From NCBI GenBank assembly GCA_963700285.1, contig CAVOXA010000022.1:1-64000 (forward strand): DNA of 64,000 bases, in the 5' to 3' direction. Position 1 is the first letter of the stretch. Every line of letters starts with the position of its first letter. Below are positions 32,118-42,100 of this stretch, in pieces. A program made the position numbers and the translations under genes. The stretch is from an uncultured Chloroflexia bacterium (GTDB taxonomy: Bacteria; Chloroflexota; Anaerolineae; JAAYZQ01). Under the pieces are notes generated by a model that searched no databases, had not been told where the DNA came from, and saw nothing but the letters and a program-made list of their open reading frames with translations.

Positions 32118-34373
32118 CTACATCAACGGTTCCATGGCCAGGGCCGGGTGTCCCGTCTCTTCCAGGAAGGCCATCACTTCTTCCTCGGTGGTCGCTACCC
32201 GCTCGTCGGCAATCTTGTCGATGAGGTCGGGGTCGCCGGCTCGGATGGCGGCTTCTTTGAGTTCCTCGGCCATGCTCTCTTTGAGGAAGCTGGACATCCA
32301 GACGATGCGCTTCAGGCCACCGTCGGCGCGGATGAACTTGTCGCTGATGATAAAGTACTTGCCGATGCCCAGTACTCCGGGTGTCTGCAGCCCTCCTCCG
32401 GCCATGCCGGCCAGGGTGGAGAAGGTCATGCCGGCCGGGGTCATGCTGGGATCCTCACGGCTGACGATCATAAAGCCGTTGCAGAGGGGCATGATCATCA
32501 TGATACACTCGAAGCAGCCGCAGGAGGTCATGGGCCACTCCATGATGGAGTACATGGTCACGTTCTCCACCGCGCCGTGGGAGGCCTGGTTCACAAAGTC
32601 GTTGACGTTGTCAAAGATGCCCTGCCACTCGTCAATGGCCCGGCCCTTGAGTATGGGCTGATTGGGGCCGGTGGGGTTGATCTGGTAGCTGGCCTTGCAG
32701 TCCAGCCAGTTGTAGGCGCCGCACAGACCCAGCCGCTCCGGGCTGACCACGCAGAGGTGATCGGGGGCAAAGCTCTGGCAGAGGGTGCAGGAGTAGAACT
32801 CGTCCACCGACTCGTCGGTCATGGCCGCCAGGCGCTGGTTGCGGTAAAGGTAGGCGTCGCGGGCCTTTTCCAGCCACTCGGCGTGAAGGTCCGGGTCGGT
32901 GTAGATGGTGACCTGTACCTTGTCCACGATGGCGCCAAAGTCGGCGTGGAGCCTGGCATAGAGGATCTCGCCAAAGTGCTCGAGTCCAAAGCCCTTGTCG
33001 ACCGCTGCCTTGCTGACGCGCAGCCAGGCGATGTCGCGCTGGCCGATGTGCTGGATACCGCTGGCGCCGTTGATAAAGTAGTGGACCTGACGCTCCAGTA
33101 CAGGCTCAAAGTCCTCCTGCATCTTGCGCCCGGCTACTTGGATGACGATACCCAGGTCCATCGCGCCGGCTTCGGGCACGTCTTCAAAGCCGGGGCCTAC
33201 GACCTCGATCTTGTGGTCCTCGATCTCGTCCAGGTCTGTCATGCGCAAGAACTCGAAGGCGCGGGAGTTCTTGCCGCCGAACTCGACGCGCATGTCGGCC
33301 TTGCGCACCCGCTCGCCTTCAAAAGCCGAGCCATAGGGCACGGGAACCGGGACCTCGGTGATCTGGATCTTGACACCGCGGACTTCGACGGCCCGCTGCA
33401 CAAAGCGGGCGGCCTTTTCGGCGTCGTCGGCGCCATCGATGTCGTCCCAGGGTATGGAGATGACGTGCTCGTACGGGGTAATGCCCGTAGGCCGGATCTC
33501 GGGGATGACGGTATCGGCCAGGACGGGGAAGCCATAGGTGATGGCGCCCGCGGCCGTGGCATACTTGAGGTCGTCCACCTCGCCCAGTGCCAGCGCAAAG
33601 GCAAAGACGCGGTACTTGTTGTAGAGCAGGATGTCGCGGGCCTGGCCGCCCTTCATCCCGCCAAAGGTCAGGGCCGAGCGGGTGGCAAAGCCCAGGGGAT
33701 AGACTGTGGAAATGGTGTCCAGGCCAAAGGGCACGATGTAGGTGTCGTAGCCCATCTCCACGCCTTCCTCCATGAGCTGGTGGATGATGCTGCGGCCATT
33801 GACGTTGCCGCTGAGGAAGATGAGGATGTTGCGCCGCTGGAGCTGGCGGACGATCTCGACGGCCGCCTGGTTGGTCCTGGCGGCGCCAATGATGGCGGCA
33901 AAGCCTGGCATGCGGCCGTCCACCAACTGGATGCCCCAGCTTCGGAGCTGGATGTCATCGATGGGGCCGTTCAGGTAGCCGTTGCCGGGGGCGCTGGAGC
34001 CGGTGAGTTGCAGCCCGGGCATCTTTTGCGGCTCCTGGCCATAGGCGAAGCGCAGCGCCATGATCGATTCCTCGGCCAGCAGGGTGGCGACGCCCGCATC
34101 CAGCGTCTCGCCCAGGTAGGGCAGCCAGGTTTTGTTTCCGGGCGGGCTGTGCAGCAGCGAGCGGCAGTGGGCAAGCACCGGCTTGAGGCCGCCAATGTTC
34201 TCCACTTGCATTCCGGTATAGCCCAGAATGGTTGGCAGATAGTAGGCAGTGTTGGTGAATTTGAGTTCCTGGTCAGGGCCAAGTTCCTCCAGCCCCTTCT
34301 GCAAGAAAGCATCAAACTCCTGGACGATCAGGTTGGCTCCACGCAGAGCTCGGGTAGCTATGTATCGGGACAT
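32118..34373 (-). CDS. acsB: Acetyl-CoA synthase (bacterial type with N-terminal domain)
   Basis: TAYYLP, DGRMPG, A-cluster ligands FYSCTLCQSFAPDHLC...GLCGA and TSCGCFE. Confidence 0.97.
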   Translation of the reverse strand: MSRYIATRALRGANLIVQEFDAFLQKGLEELGPDQELKFTNTAYYLPTILGYTGMQVENIGGLKPVLAHCRSLLHSPPGNKTWLPYLGETLDAGVATLLAEESIMALRFAYGQEPQKMPGLQLTGSSAPGNGYLNGPIDDIQLRSWGIQLVDGRMPGFAAIIGAARTNQAAVEIVRQLQRRNILIFLSGNVNGRSIIHQLMEEGVEMGYDTYIVPFGLDTISTVYPLGFATRSALTFGGMKGGQARDILLYNKYRVFAFALALGEVDDLKYATAAGAITYGFPVLADTVIPEIRPTGITPYEHVISIPWDDIDGADDAEKAARFVQRAVEVRGVKIQITEVPVPVPYGSAFEGERVRKADMRVEFGGKNSRAFEFLRMTDLDEIEDHKIEVVGPGFEDVPEAGAMDLGIVIQVAGRKMQEDFEPVLERQVHYFINGASGIQHIGQRDIAWLRVSKAAVDKGFGLEHFGEILYARLHADFGAIVDKVQVTIYTDPDLHAEWLEKARDAYLYRNQRLAAMTDESVDEFYSCTLCQSFAPDHLCVVSPERLGLCGAYNWLDCKASYQINPTGPNQPILKGRAIDEWQGIFDNVNDFVNQASHGAVENVTMYSIMEWPMTSCGCFECIMMIMPLCNGFMIVSREDPSMTPAGMTFSTLAGMAGGGLQTPGVLGIGKYFIISDKFIRADGGLKRIVWMSSFLKESMAEELKEAAIRAGDPDLIDKIADERVATTEEEVMAFLEETGHPALAMEPLM

Positions 34374-34409
34374 TGATACGGTCTCCTTCTTTGGCTGTTT
34401 CCCAGTTTC

Positions 34410-36407
34410 CTAATCTCCAACCGTAGCATAGGGCTTGCGGCTGTACAGGTTCCGCTCCTCTGGCGGTGTGGCAAAGAATGCGTCCAGCGGAAAGTCCCCG
34501 CTCTGGCCGAAGCGATTCGGGTCATACTCCACCAGGCCCAACGCGGCGCGCTTTTTGTCGATGTGGTCCAGGGTGGCTTTGACCATCTCCTCGGGGTCGA
34601 GGATGAACTCCAGCTTGCCGCCGACCTTGGCCTCCCAGCCCTCGCTGATCAGCCTCATGACTTCTTCGCTGCCGGCGACCGGGTTCTTGGTGCCAAAGAT
34701 GACGTAGACGCCCGAGGCCACAAAGTAGGTGCCGATGGACAGGGCTTTTTCACTCATCCACTCTGGCGCCAGGCCAACGGCCGGCAGGTCGGCGATGTCG
34801 TCGCCCAGGCCGCCTTCGGTGGCCATCTGCGATGCGACGGTGAGGATGCGGGTGTTGTCGACGCAGGAGCCCAGGTGCAGAACCGGCGGGATGCCGATGG
34901 CCTCGCAGACTTCGCGCAGGCCTGGTCCGGCATGGTCCAGCGCCTCCGGTCCCAACAGTCCCAGCTTGGCCACAGAAATGGCGCTGCATCCGGTCTGGAC
35001 GACCAGCACGTCGTTCTTGATCATCTCCTGCACGACATAGTTGTGCGTATAGTCGTGGGGCGTCCGCGGGTTGTTGCAGCCCACGACACCGGCCACGCCG
35101 CGGATGCGCCCGGTGATGATGGCGTCGTTCAGCGGCCGGAAGGAACCCCGGTAGTAGCCGCCCTGCATGTAGCGCAGGTACTCGTGAGAGAAGCCGGCCA
35201 CCAGGGGGGCGCTGACGTTGGGGATATAGACCTTTTCCGTCAGGCCGCGGTTGGGGTAGTTGTCGATGCCTTCTTTGACAATCTCTTTGGCAATCTCGAG
35301 GGCCCTGGACTCGTCGAACTGCATGTGCTGGGCGCCCGTGATCTTGGCCTTGCGCGAGGTGGTGATTAGCTTGGTGTGATACTGCTCGGCCACGGGTACG
35401 AGGGCTTGCATGATGCACTGGATGTCCACGACCATGGCCTCGACCGCGCCGGTGGCGATGGCCAATTCCTGGCTGAGAAAGTTGCCGGCGGAGCGCACGC
35501 CCTGGCGCATCAGCGTCTCGTTGGCCGTGCAGCAGATGCCGGTCAGGTTGATGCCCTTGGCGCCTTTGGTCTTGGCGTACTCGATCATCTCCGGGTCCTG
35601 GCAGGCCATCAGGATCAACTCGGACAGCAGGGGCTCGTGGCCGTGAATGACGATGTTGACCTCGTCGTCCTCCAGGGTACCCATGTTGACCTCGCTGCTC
35701 AGGGGAACCGGCGTGCCAAATAGGGTGTCGGTGACGTCGGTGGAGAGCATCGAGCCGCCCCAACCGTCTGACAGGGCCGTCCGCAGGGCATGGTCCAGGA
35801 TGTGCTCCGCGTCCTGGTCGTTGCCGATGTGGGTGCGGTGGAGGGTCTCGATGACCTCGCGGTCAACGCCCCTGGGCTGGATGTCCAGTTCGCGCCAAAT
35901 CTCCTGGCGCTTCTTGGGGGCTCGTTCCAGGTACTTGAGGCTGCCCCGCTGCTGGCCAAATTGGGCCAGGGCTGCTTCGGCCACGTCCAGGGCGATGTCG
36001 TTGGTCTCGCGCCCCTGGACGGGAATGCCCAGGAAAGTGGCCATTTCCACGAGCTTGCCCACGTCGCGGATGCGATAGTCCGGGGCATGGCCTTCGGCCA
36101 CGGCCAGCATGGCCAGGACCATATCGCGGCCATGGTCCGAGTGGGCGGCCGCGCCGGCGGCGATCTGCCGGGCCAGGTTTCGGGCGACGACCGTCTCTAT
36201 TGTAGCGCCACAGATGCCGGCTTTGACTTTGCCCACCAAGCGACAGGGACCCATGGCGCAGATCTTGCAGCAAACACCGTCGCTGCCAATGGGACAGGGC
36301 TTGATTCTTTCAGCGCGGTCAAAGGCGGTATCGATGCCTTTTTCGTGCGCGATCTCTAGCATTTTCTCAACGGCTGGGTCGGCGGTCACTGATGCGTAAT
36401 TGGACAT
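34410..36407 (-). CDS. cooS: Ni,Fe carbon monoxide dehydrogenase
   Basis: CPIGSDGVCCKICAMGPC, HSDHGR, C-cluster ligands HGHEP, GICCT, IQC, GCNN, TGC, GSCVDN; EWMSEKA. Confidence 0.97.
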   Translation of the reverse strand: MSNYASVTADPAVEKMLEIAHEKGIDTAFDRAERIKPCPIGSDGVCCKICAMGPCRLVGKVKAGICGATIETVVARNLARQIAAGAAAHSDHGRDMVLAMLAVAEGHAPDYRIRDVGKLVEMATFLGIPVQGRETNDIALDVAEAALAQFGQQRGSLKYLERAPKKRQEIWRELDIQPRGVDREVIETLHRTHIGNDQDAEHILDHALRTALSDGWGGSMLSTDVTDTLFGTPVPLSSEVNMGTLEDDEVNIVIHGHEPLLSELILMACQDPEMIEYAKTKGAKGINLTGICCTANETLMRQGVRSAGNFLSQELAIATGAVEAMVVDIQCIMQALVPVAEQYHTKLITTSRKAKITGAQHMQFDESRALEIAKEIVKEGIDNYPNRGLTEKVYIPNVSAPLVAGFSHEYLRYMQGGYYRGSFRPLNDAIITGRIRGVAGVVGCNNPRTPHDYTHNYVVQEMIKNDVLVVQTGCSAISVAKLGLLGPEALDHAGPGLREVCEAIGIPPVLHLGSCVDNTRILTVASQMATEGGLGDDIADLPAVGLAPEWMSEKALSIGTYFVASGVYVIFGTKNPVAGSEEVMRLISEGWEAKVGGKLEFILDPEEMVKATLDHIDKKRAALGLVEYDPNRFGQSGDFPLDAFFATPPEERNLYSRKPYATVGD

Positions 36408-36542
36408 AATCTTCCTTCCTTCTAGGTCCTTTGCTAGACGCTTTGTCTTGGATCACCAAATTCCTGCGATCCGAAGGGCTGGGGTCCCCGGCCTGGGATA
36501 GAACGTACTACCGGGTCTGGGCCTGGCGCCATCGGATCGTGC

Positions 36543-36875
36543 CTAGTACTTGCGGTGGTCGCCCGACATCACTAGATCGCGCATGTCGGTCTCTGTCACG
36601 CGCTCCTGGAACTGGAACCAGTCGGAGCTGTCATCGATACGCTCGGGGTAGGTGGGGAGTTCTGGTGCGATTTTGGCCCGATAGCCGGCGTCAGCCAGGG
36701 CACTTTCCAGTGCATCGGGGCTTACGGCGGACGGGTCGTACTCGATCACCACGTCCTTGTAGATCGCGCTGGCGATGATTCCCTCAACACCGCTCACCTG
36801 GCCCAATGCTTCACGCACGGCCAACGTATGGTGGTCGGCCCACAACGATGGGATGTTAAAGACTACCTTTTCCAT
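36543..36875 (-). CDS. HMA-fold (CopZ-like) protein with ADHH in place of CxxC
   Basis: VVFNIPSLWADHHTLAVREALGQVSGV...VVIEYDPSAVSPDALESALADAGY; contains no Cys. Confidence 0.8.
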   Translation of the reverse strand: MEKVVFNIPSLWADHHTLAVREALGQVSGVEGIIASAIYKDVVIEYDPSAVSPDALESALADAGYRAKIAPELPTYPERIDDSSDWFQFQERVTETDMRDLVMSGDHRKY

Positions 36876-36938
36876 TCAATTCCCTCCCTTGGCGCTGGCT
36901 AGAGTCTGCAGGGTCGGTCACAACGAAAAAGCAAAAGT

Positions 36939-36966
36939 ATTATAGCACAAAGCAGGACCATTGCAA
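36939..36966 (-). promoter_or_regulatory. Promoter of the HMA-cooS-acs operon
   Basis: Minus strand TTGCAA-16 bp-TATAAT with extended TG. Confidence 0.55.
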
Positions 36967-37050
36967 ACTTGATACGCAGCAAAGCTATCAACGCGGATTG
37001 TTAAGCGGTCCAGGCAAGACGGCCATAGACCGCGGCAAGGCTCATCTTGG

Positions 37051-37081
37051 AGATGGGGAGGGTGATGAACCCTCCCCATCC
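37051..37081 (-). terminator. Hairpin downstream of fhs
   Basis: GATGGGGAGGGT-GATGA-ACCCTCCCCATC. Confidence 0.55.
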
Positions 37082-37130
37082 TGACGGTTGTTACGTGGAT
37101 CCCACGGCGGCATCCGCCCCGGCTTTGGGC

Positions 37131-39017
37131 CTAGAAGAGGCCGACGACGCGGCCGGTCTCCAGGTCAATGTCCACGTCGGTAAAGGCCGGGCGTGTGGGC
37201 AGACCGGGCATGGTGCGCATCGTGCCGCACAGCGGGAAGATAAAGCCGGCACCTACAGAGGCCCGCACATCGGTGATGGGCAGCGTCCAGCCGCGCGGCG
37301 CGCCCTTGAGCACCGGGTCATGGCTGAAGGACAGGTGCGTCTTGGCCATGCACAAGGGCAGGTGGCTCAGGCCCATGTCGGTAAAGAGCTTGATCTTGGC
37401 CTCGGCTTCCGGCGTGTAGCTGACGCCGTCGGCGCGATAGATCTCTTTGGCCACGGTTTCGATCTTTTCCTTGATCGAGTACTCGTCGGGGTACAGGAAC
37501 TTGAAGTCGGTGGGCTGCTCGCAGGCTGCCACGACGGCCTCGGCCAGTTCGGCGCCGCCCGCGGCGCCCTCCATCCAGACCCGGCTCTCGGCCACGTCAA
37601 AGGCGCCTGTTTCTTTGGCCCGCCTGCGGATGAGTTCGATTTCGGCGTCGGTGTCGTCCTTGAAGCGGTTGATGGCCACGACCACCGAGACGCCGAACTT
37701 GAGCGCGTTCTCGATGTGCTGCAGGAGGTTGGGCAAACCAGCTTCCAGCAGCTCGAGATTCTCCTCGACGTACTCTTTGGCCAGCGGCTTGCCGGCAACG
37801 ACTTTGGGTCCGCCGCCGTGCATCTTGAGGGCGCGGATGGTGGCCACCAGCACGACGCAGTTGGGAACCAGGCCGCTGTAGCGGCACTTGAGGTCCATGA
37901 ACTTTTCCATGCCACAGTCAGCGCCAAAGCCGGACTCGGTTACCACATAGTCGGCCAGCTTGAGGGCGATCTTGTCGGCGATGATGGAGCTATTGCCCTG
38001 GGCAATGTTGGCAAAGGGGCCGCAGTGTACAAAGGCTGGGCTGCCAGCCAGTGTCTGCATCAGGTTGGGCATGATGGCGTCTTTGAGCAGCACGGTCATC
38101 GCGCCGGCCACGTTGAGATCCTCGGCCGTGATGGGTTCCACCGGCCGCTTGACGGGGCCGCCGCCGGGGTTGCTGGTGCCGATGATAATGCGTCCCATGC
38201 GCTCGCGCAGGTCGGCCAGGTCGGTGCACATGGCCAAGGCGGCCATGATCTCGGAGGCGACGAGGATGTCGTAGCCTGTCTGGCGTGTTACGCCGTCGCC
38301 CTTTGGTCCCAGGCCGACGATGACGTTTCGCAGCGCGGCGTCGGAGACGTCCACAACACGCCGCCACTGGATCGCGTCGGGATCGATGTTCAGGCGGAAC
38401 ATACGCTCCTTGTCGTCGTCGCTCAGGTCCGACGGCTTTTCCGACTCGATGCCCAGCTTTTCCAGTCGTTTGCGCATGCTGGGCGTGTACTCGTCATCCG
38501 GGCAGAGCGCCCTGGCCAGATAGTCCGTGCTCCAGCGATACTCTTTGGCCAACCGGTTGTCGATGGCCGCCGCGAGCTGGTTGTGGGCCGCGCCCACGGC
38601 GTGCATGTCGCCGGTCAGGTGGAGGTTAAAGTCCTCCATGGAGACAATCTGAGAGTATCCACCGCCGGCCGCGCCGCCCTTGATGCCAAAGGTCGGTCCC
38701 TGGGAAGGCTGGCGGATGCAGGTCATGACCTTCTTGCCAATGTAGTGCAGACCCTGGCTTACGCCGATGGTCGTCACCGTTTTGCCCTCGCCAAGCGGCG
38801 TGGGTGTGATGGCCGTCACGTCGATGTACTTGCCCTGGGGACGGTCGGCGAACTTGGCCGCGACATCCAGGTGCACTTTGGCCTTGTACTTGCCGTACAG
38901 ATCCAGGTCGTCCTCATCCAGACCCAGTTCGGCGGCAATCTCCATGATCGGCCGCATCTTGGCTTCCTGCGCGATCTCGATGTCGCTCGGTACGGGGTGC
39001 TTGATTTCCACTAACAT
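37131..39017 (-). CDS. fhs: Formate-tetrahydrofolate ligase
   Basis: TPTPLGEGKT, FGIKGGAAGGGYSQ, FNLHLTGD, GPFANIAQG, TESGFGAD, TMPGLP. Confidence 0.97.
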   Translation of the reverse strand: MLVEIKHPVPSDIEIAQEAKMRPIMEIAAELGLDEDDLDLYGKYKAKVHLDVAAKFADRPQGKYIDVTAITPTPLGEGKTVTTIGVSQGLHYIGKKVMTCIRQPSQGPTFGIKGGAAGGGYSQIVSMEDFNLHLTGDMHAVGAAHNQLAAAIDNRLAKEYRWSTDYLARALCPDDEYTPSMRKRLEKLGIESEKPSDLSDDDKERMFRLNIDPDAIQWRRVVDVSDAALRNVIVGLGPKGDGVTRQTGYDILVASEIMAALAMCTDLADLRERMGRIIIGTSNPGGGPVKRPVEPITAEDLNVAGAMTVLLKDAIMPNLMQTLAGSPAFVHCGPFANIAQGNSSIIADKIALKLADYVVTESGFGADCGMEKFMDLKCRYSGLVPNCVVLVATIRALKMHGGGPKVVAGKPLAKEYVEENLELLEAGLPNLLQHIENALKFGVSVVVAINRFKDDTDAEIELIRRRAKETGAFDVAESRVWMEGAAGGAELAEAVVAACEQPTDFKFLYPDEYSIKEKIETVAKEIYRADGVSYTPEAEAKIKLFTDMGLSHLPLCMAKTHLSFSHDPVLKGAPRGWTLPITDVRASVGAGFIFPLCGTMRTMPGLPTRPAFTDVDIDLETGRVVGLF

Positions 39018-39083
39018 CTGCTACCTCCTCCTAGAGTTCTCCGTGGCAACTGTGCCATCGACTTTGCATGGTGGGCATTCCAC

Positions 39084-39135
39084 TTGTGATGGATATCACG
39101 CTGCTCAGTCTACCACAGCCACCATCGATTGTCAA
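39084..39135 (-). promoter_or_regulatory. fhs promoter with downstream Rex/CRP-like operator
   Basis: Minus strand TTGACA-17 bp-TAGACT; TTGTGA-N6-TCACG at 39084-39100. Confidence 0.6.
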
Positions 39136-39183
39136 ACAGAATCATAAATGTGACTGCGACCTGTCCTTTGAGGTCCCTGGCCC

Positions 39184-40074
39184 TCAGGGTCTGCCCTTCC
39201 GCATCTGCCGTTTGGACGCCTGCAATACGTTGCTCATGAGCATCACGTTGGTCATCGACCCTGTGCCCCCTGGTACAGGCGTGATCATGCCGGCGACCTC
39301 TTTTGCCTCTTCAAAATCCACATCGCCCACCCACTGGTCTCCCAGGCGATTGAAGCCAAAATCAATGATGACGGCGCCCGGCTTGACCATGTCGCCCTTG
39401 ATCAGGTGGGGGATGCCCACGGCGGTGCAGAGGATGTCGGCTTCCTGGGTGATGGGCGCCAGGGGCCGGGTGCGGGAGTGGCACATGCTCACGGTGGCAT
39501 TGTGCTGCATGAGCAGGAAGGACATGGGCCGCCCGACAATGTTGGAGCGGCCGACGACGACGGCACGCCTGCCCTCCATCTCTACGCCGGCCCTCTTTAG
39601 CATCTCTAGTCCACCCAGCGGTGTGGCGGGTACCAGGTAATCGGGGACCGCATCGGGGTCGCGTACCGGGCCGGCCTGGGCCAGCCGTCCGGCGTTGATG
39701 GGGTTGACGCCATCGGCGTCCTTGATGGCCCGTATGGTGGCCTTGATCTCATCCTCGTCCAGGCCCCTGGGCAGCGGCTCCTGGAGCATGATGCCGTTGG
39801 TCCTCCCGTCGGCGTTGAGGGTGGCGATGAGGTCGATCACTTCATCCTGGCTGGCCGAGTCGGGCAGGGTGTGAATGGCAAAGCCCATGCCTGCGCTTTC
39901 AAAAGATCGCTTGATCATTGTGCCATAGCTGACCGACGCTGGATCGCTGCCCACCCGGACCACGGCGATGGCTGGTGCAAAGCCGTATGCCTCCTGGAAG
40001 ACGGCTACTTCGGCCATGATCTCTTTTCGCACCTCTTTGGCCATCTCGCGCCCGTCGAGAATTTGTGCTGTCAT
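39184..40074 (-). CDS. folD: Methylene-THF dehydrogenase FolD, paralog 1
   Basis: GAAAGGAG RBS; ILDGR, KDADG, VGRSNIVGRP, CHSRT, GDVDF, TPVPGGTG. Confidence 0.92.
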   Translation of the reverse strand: MTAQILDGREMAKEVRKEIMAEVAVFQEAYGFAPAIAVVRVGSDPASVSYGTMIKRSFESAGMGFAIHTLPDSASQDEVIDLIATLNADGRTNGIMLQEPLPRGLDEDEIKATIRAIKDADGVNPINAGRLAQAGPVRDPDAVPDYLVPATPLGGLEMLKRAGVEMEGRRAVVVGRSNIVGRPMSFLLMQHNATVSMCHSRTRPLAPITQEADILCTAVGIPHLIKGDMVKPGAVIIDFGFNRLGDQWVGDVDFEEAKEVAGMITPVPGGTGSMTNVMLMSNVLQASKRQMRKGRP

Positions 40075-40353
40075 GCTCTCTCCTTTCATTCCAGATTGCG
40101 CCAGGATCGCGTCCTGCAGGTCCAGGTTCCAATCTTCGATCCGCTCGCACGCGCCAGTCTCGCCCCATACGGCGATGACGCGGGGATCGGAACAGATGGA
40201 TTGGACAAAAGCCTCAAACTTGGTCTGTTCCGGTCCGTCGGTACTGACATAGACCAGTGTCGCCTGCGTGACCAAGGCGTTTGCAGTTTGGCGACCCAAT
40301 GCTTCTACAAGTTCGGGTCCAATGGTTGCATTGATGATGTCTTCGACGTCCAT
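40075..40353 (-). CDS. Hypothetical ~93-aa segment in frame with folD1
   Basis: Own RBS (GAGGGAG) and ATG; protein-like composition; no stop before the folD ATG. Confidence 0.45.
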
Positions 40354-40383
40354 TCACTCTCCCTCAACCCTGGTCTCGTACGT

Positions 40384-41991
40384 TCAGACGGGTACATCTA
40401 CGACGATGCGGGTTCCCTGGCCGGGCGCCGAATCGACCACCAGGTTGCCGCTCAACAGGCGTGCGCGCTCGTGCATGCCGATGAGGCCCAGGCCGCTGGC
40501 GTTTGCCGGATGGTCGGTCAGTGTGGGGGGCTTGAAGCCCCGGCCGTCATCTTGCACGGTCAACTTGATGGAGCTATCGCTCATTTCCACCAGGGTGATC
40601 ACGTGCATAGCTCGTGCATGCTTTCTCACGTTGTTCAGCGCTTCCTGCGCAATGCGGAACAGGGTCAGCTCTACTTCCGAGGAGAGGCGCCGGCGCTCAC
40701 CTTTGAGTTGGAACTCGGCGCAAAGCCCGTCTTCGCGGTTCAGATCGGTGGTTAGCTCCTCGAGGGTAGGCAAGAGCCCCAGATCATCCAGGATGGAGGG
40801 GCGCAGATCCTGGCTAAAGCGCCGCACGCGGCGGATCATATCGCCCGTCTCTAGCTGGAGCACCCGGATCCGGGCCGCGGCGGCCTCGGGCAGCGTTTCA
40901 TCGGAGGTGGTCAGGGCCTCCATGTGGCGGGTCAGGGCGATGAGGGACTGGATGGTGTCATCGTGCAGCTCGCGGGCGATGCGCTTGCGCTCGTTCTCCT
41001 GGGCCTGGGTGATCCTGCGCGCGTAGAAGCGCATGTTCTCGTACAGGTAGGCGTTTTCGATGGCGATCCCGGCCTGTCGCCCGATGGCCGTCAGGATGGC
41101 GACGTCGCGTTCTGAAAAGCCCTTGGGCCTCTCGATGGTCAGGACACTGAGGGCGCCAAAGACCCTGTCGCCGCTCACGATGGGCACTGTGGCGATGCTG
41201 GTCAGACCCGCCTGCAGGAAGGCGTCCACCGCCCGGGGGTAGGTCTTGTAGTCGTCGATGATGGTGGGCTGGCCGGTACTCATTACCTGGGCAGAGACAC
41301 CCTCGCTCCTGGTCACGGTTACACTGGCCAGTTCTGCGGGCAGACGGTGGAGATAGGGGTAGGTGACCATGTTCCGTGCTTCGTCCAGGAGGGCGATGAT
41401 CCCGCCATCCGTGCCCACGATATCCACGGCAATCTCCATGACCTTGGGCAGCACGCGGTCCAGCTCGAGTTCGGAGGTGACTTCTTCGGCGACCTGGCCC
41501 AGGGAACGCTCGATCTGGAGGTCGCGCAGGCGTTCCTGGTAGAGCCGCACGTTCTCGACAAAGGTGCCGATGATGTTGCAGATGGTATTGAGCAGCTCGA
41601 CTTCTTGGCGGAGGAGGGGGCAGGCGGTCCGGGCGCCGACAAAGAGCAATCCGTTGACCTCGCCCTTGGCCTTGAGCGGCCCGGCCAGCTTGCAATGGAG
41701 GTCCTCGTGGCGGGCGAGCATGCGCGATGACTTTGATCCGTCAGGGCAAGCAACCACCTCGGGTGGCAGGTCCCTGTGGGCGACCAGTGTCAGCCCCTGC
41801 TCCTCTTTGGACAGAAGATAAACCGCGCCCAGCTCCATACCCAGCACCTGGATGACGGTGTCCAAGATATCGTTGAGCGTTTTGTCAACGTCGAAAGACT
41901 GGGTCAGCGCCGTGGTGACATTGTTGATCATATTCAGGCGCGAGAGGACTCGTTCGTACGATTCCCGGCCTTGCATGATATGGCTCTCCAT
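40384..41991 (-). CDS. GAF-GAF HisKA_3 sensor histidine kinase (NarX/ComP type), cytoplasmic
   Basis: QENERKRIARELHDDTIQ, LRPSILDDLGL, FRIAQEALNNVRKHA, DDGRGF, GLGLIGMHER. Confidence 0.92.
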   Translation of the reverse strand: MESHIMQGRESYERVLSRLNMINNVTTALTQSFDVDKTLNDILDTVIQVLGMELGAVYLLSKEEQGLTLVAHRDLPPEVVACPDGSKSSRMLARHEDLHCKLAGPLKAKGEVNGLLFVGARTACPLLRQEVELLNTICNIIGTFVENVRLYQERLRDLQIERSLGQVAEEVTSELELDRVLPKVMEIAVDIVGTDGGIIALLDEARNMVTYPYLHRLPAELASVTVTRSEGVSAQVMSTGQPTIIDDYKTYPRAVDAFLQAGLTSIATVPIVSGDRVFGALSVLTIERPKGFSERDVAILTAIGRQAGIAIENAYLYENMRFYARRITQAQENERKRIARELHDDTIQSLIALTRHMEALTTSDETLPEAAAARIRVLQLETGDMIRRVRRFSQDLRPSILDDLGLLPTLEELTTDLNREDGLCAEFQLKGERRRLSSEVELTLFRIAQEALNNVRKHARAMHVITLVEMSDSSIKLTVQDDGRGFKPPTLTDHPANASGLGLIGMHERARLLSGNLVVDSAPGQGTRIVVDVPV

Positions 41992-42100
41992 TAGCCTGCT
42001 CCTCTGGTTTGGCTTTGTGGACTGCCAGTAGTACTGGTACTTTAGGTCCAGCAGGCCTGCCGCCGGTAGCTTGCCGTTGGGGTGGGCCTGCCAGCGTTCT

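Noticed and set aside
32088-39014. Long antisense ORFs opposite acsB and fhs (also opposite pglZ and brxL)
   Set aside because: Shadow ORFs caused by high-GC codon bias.
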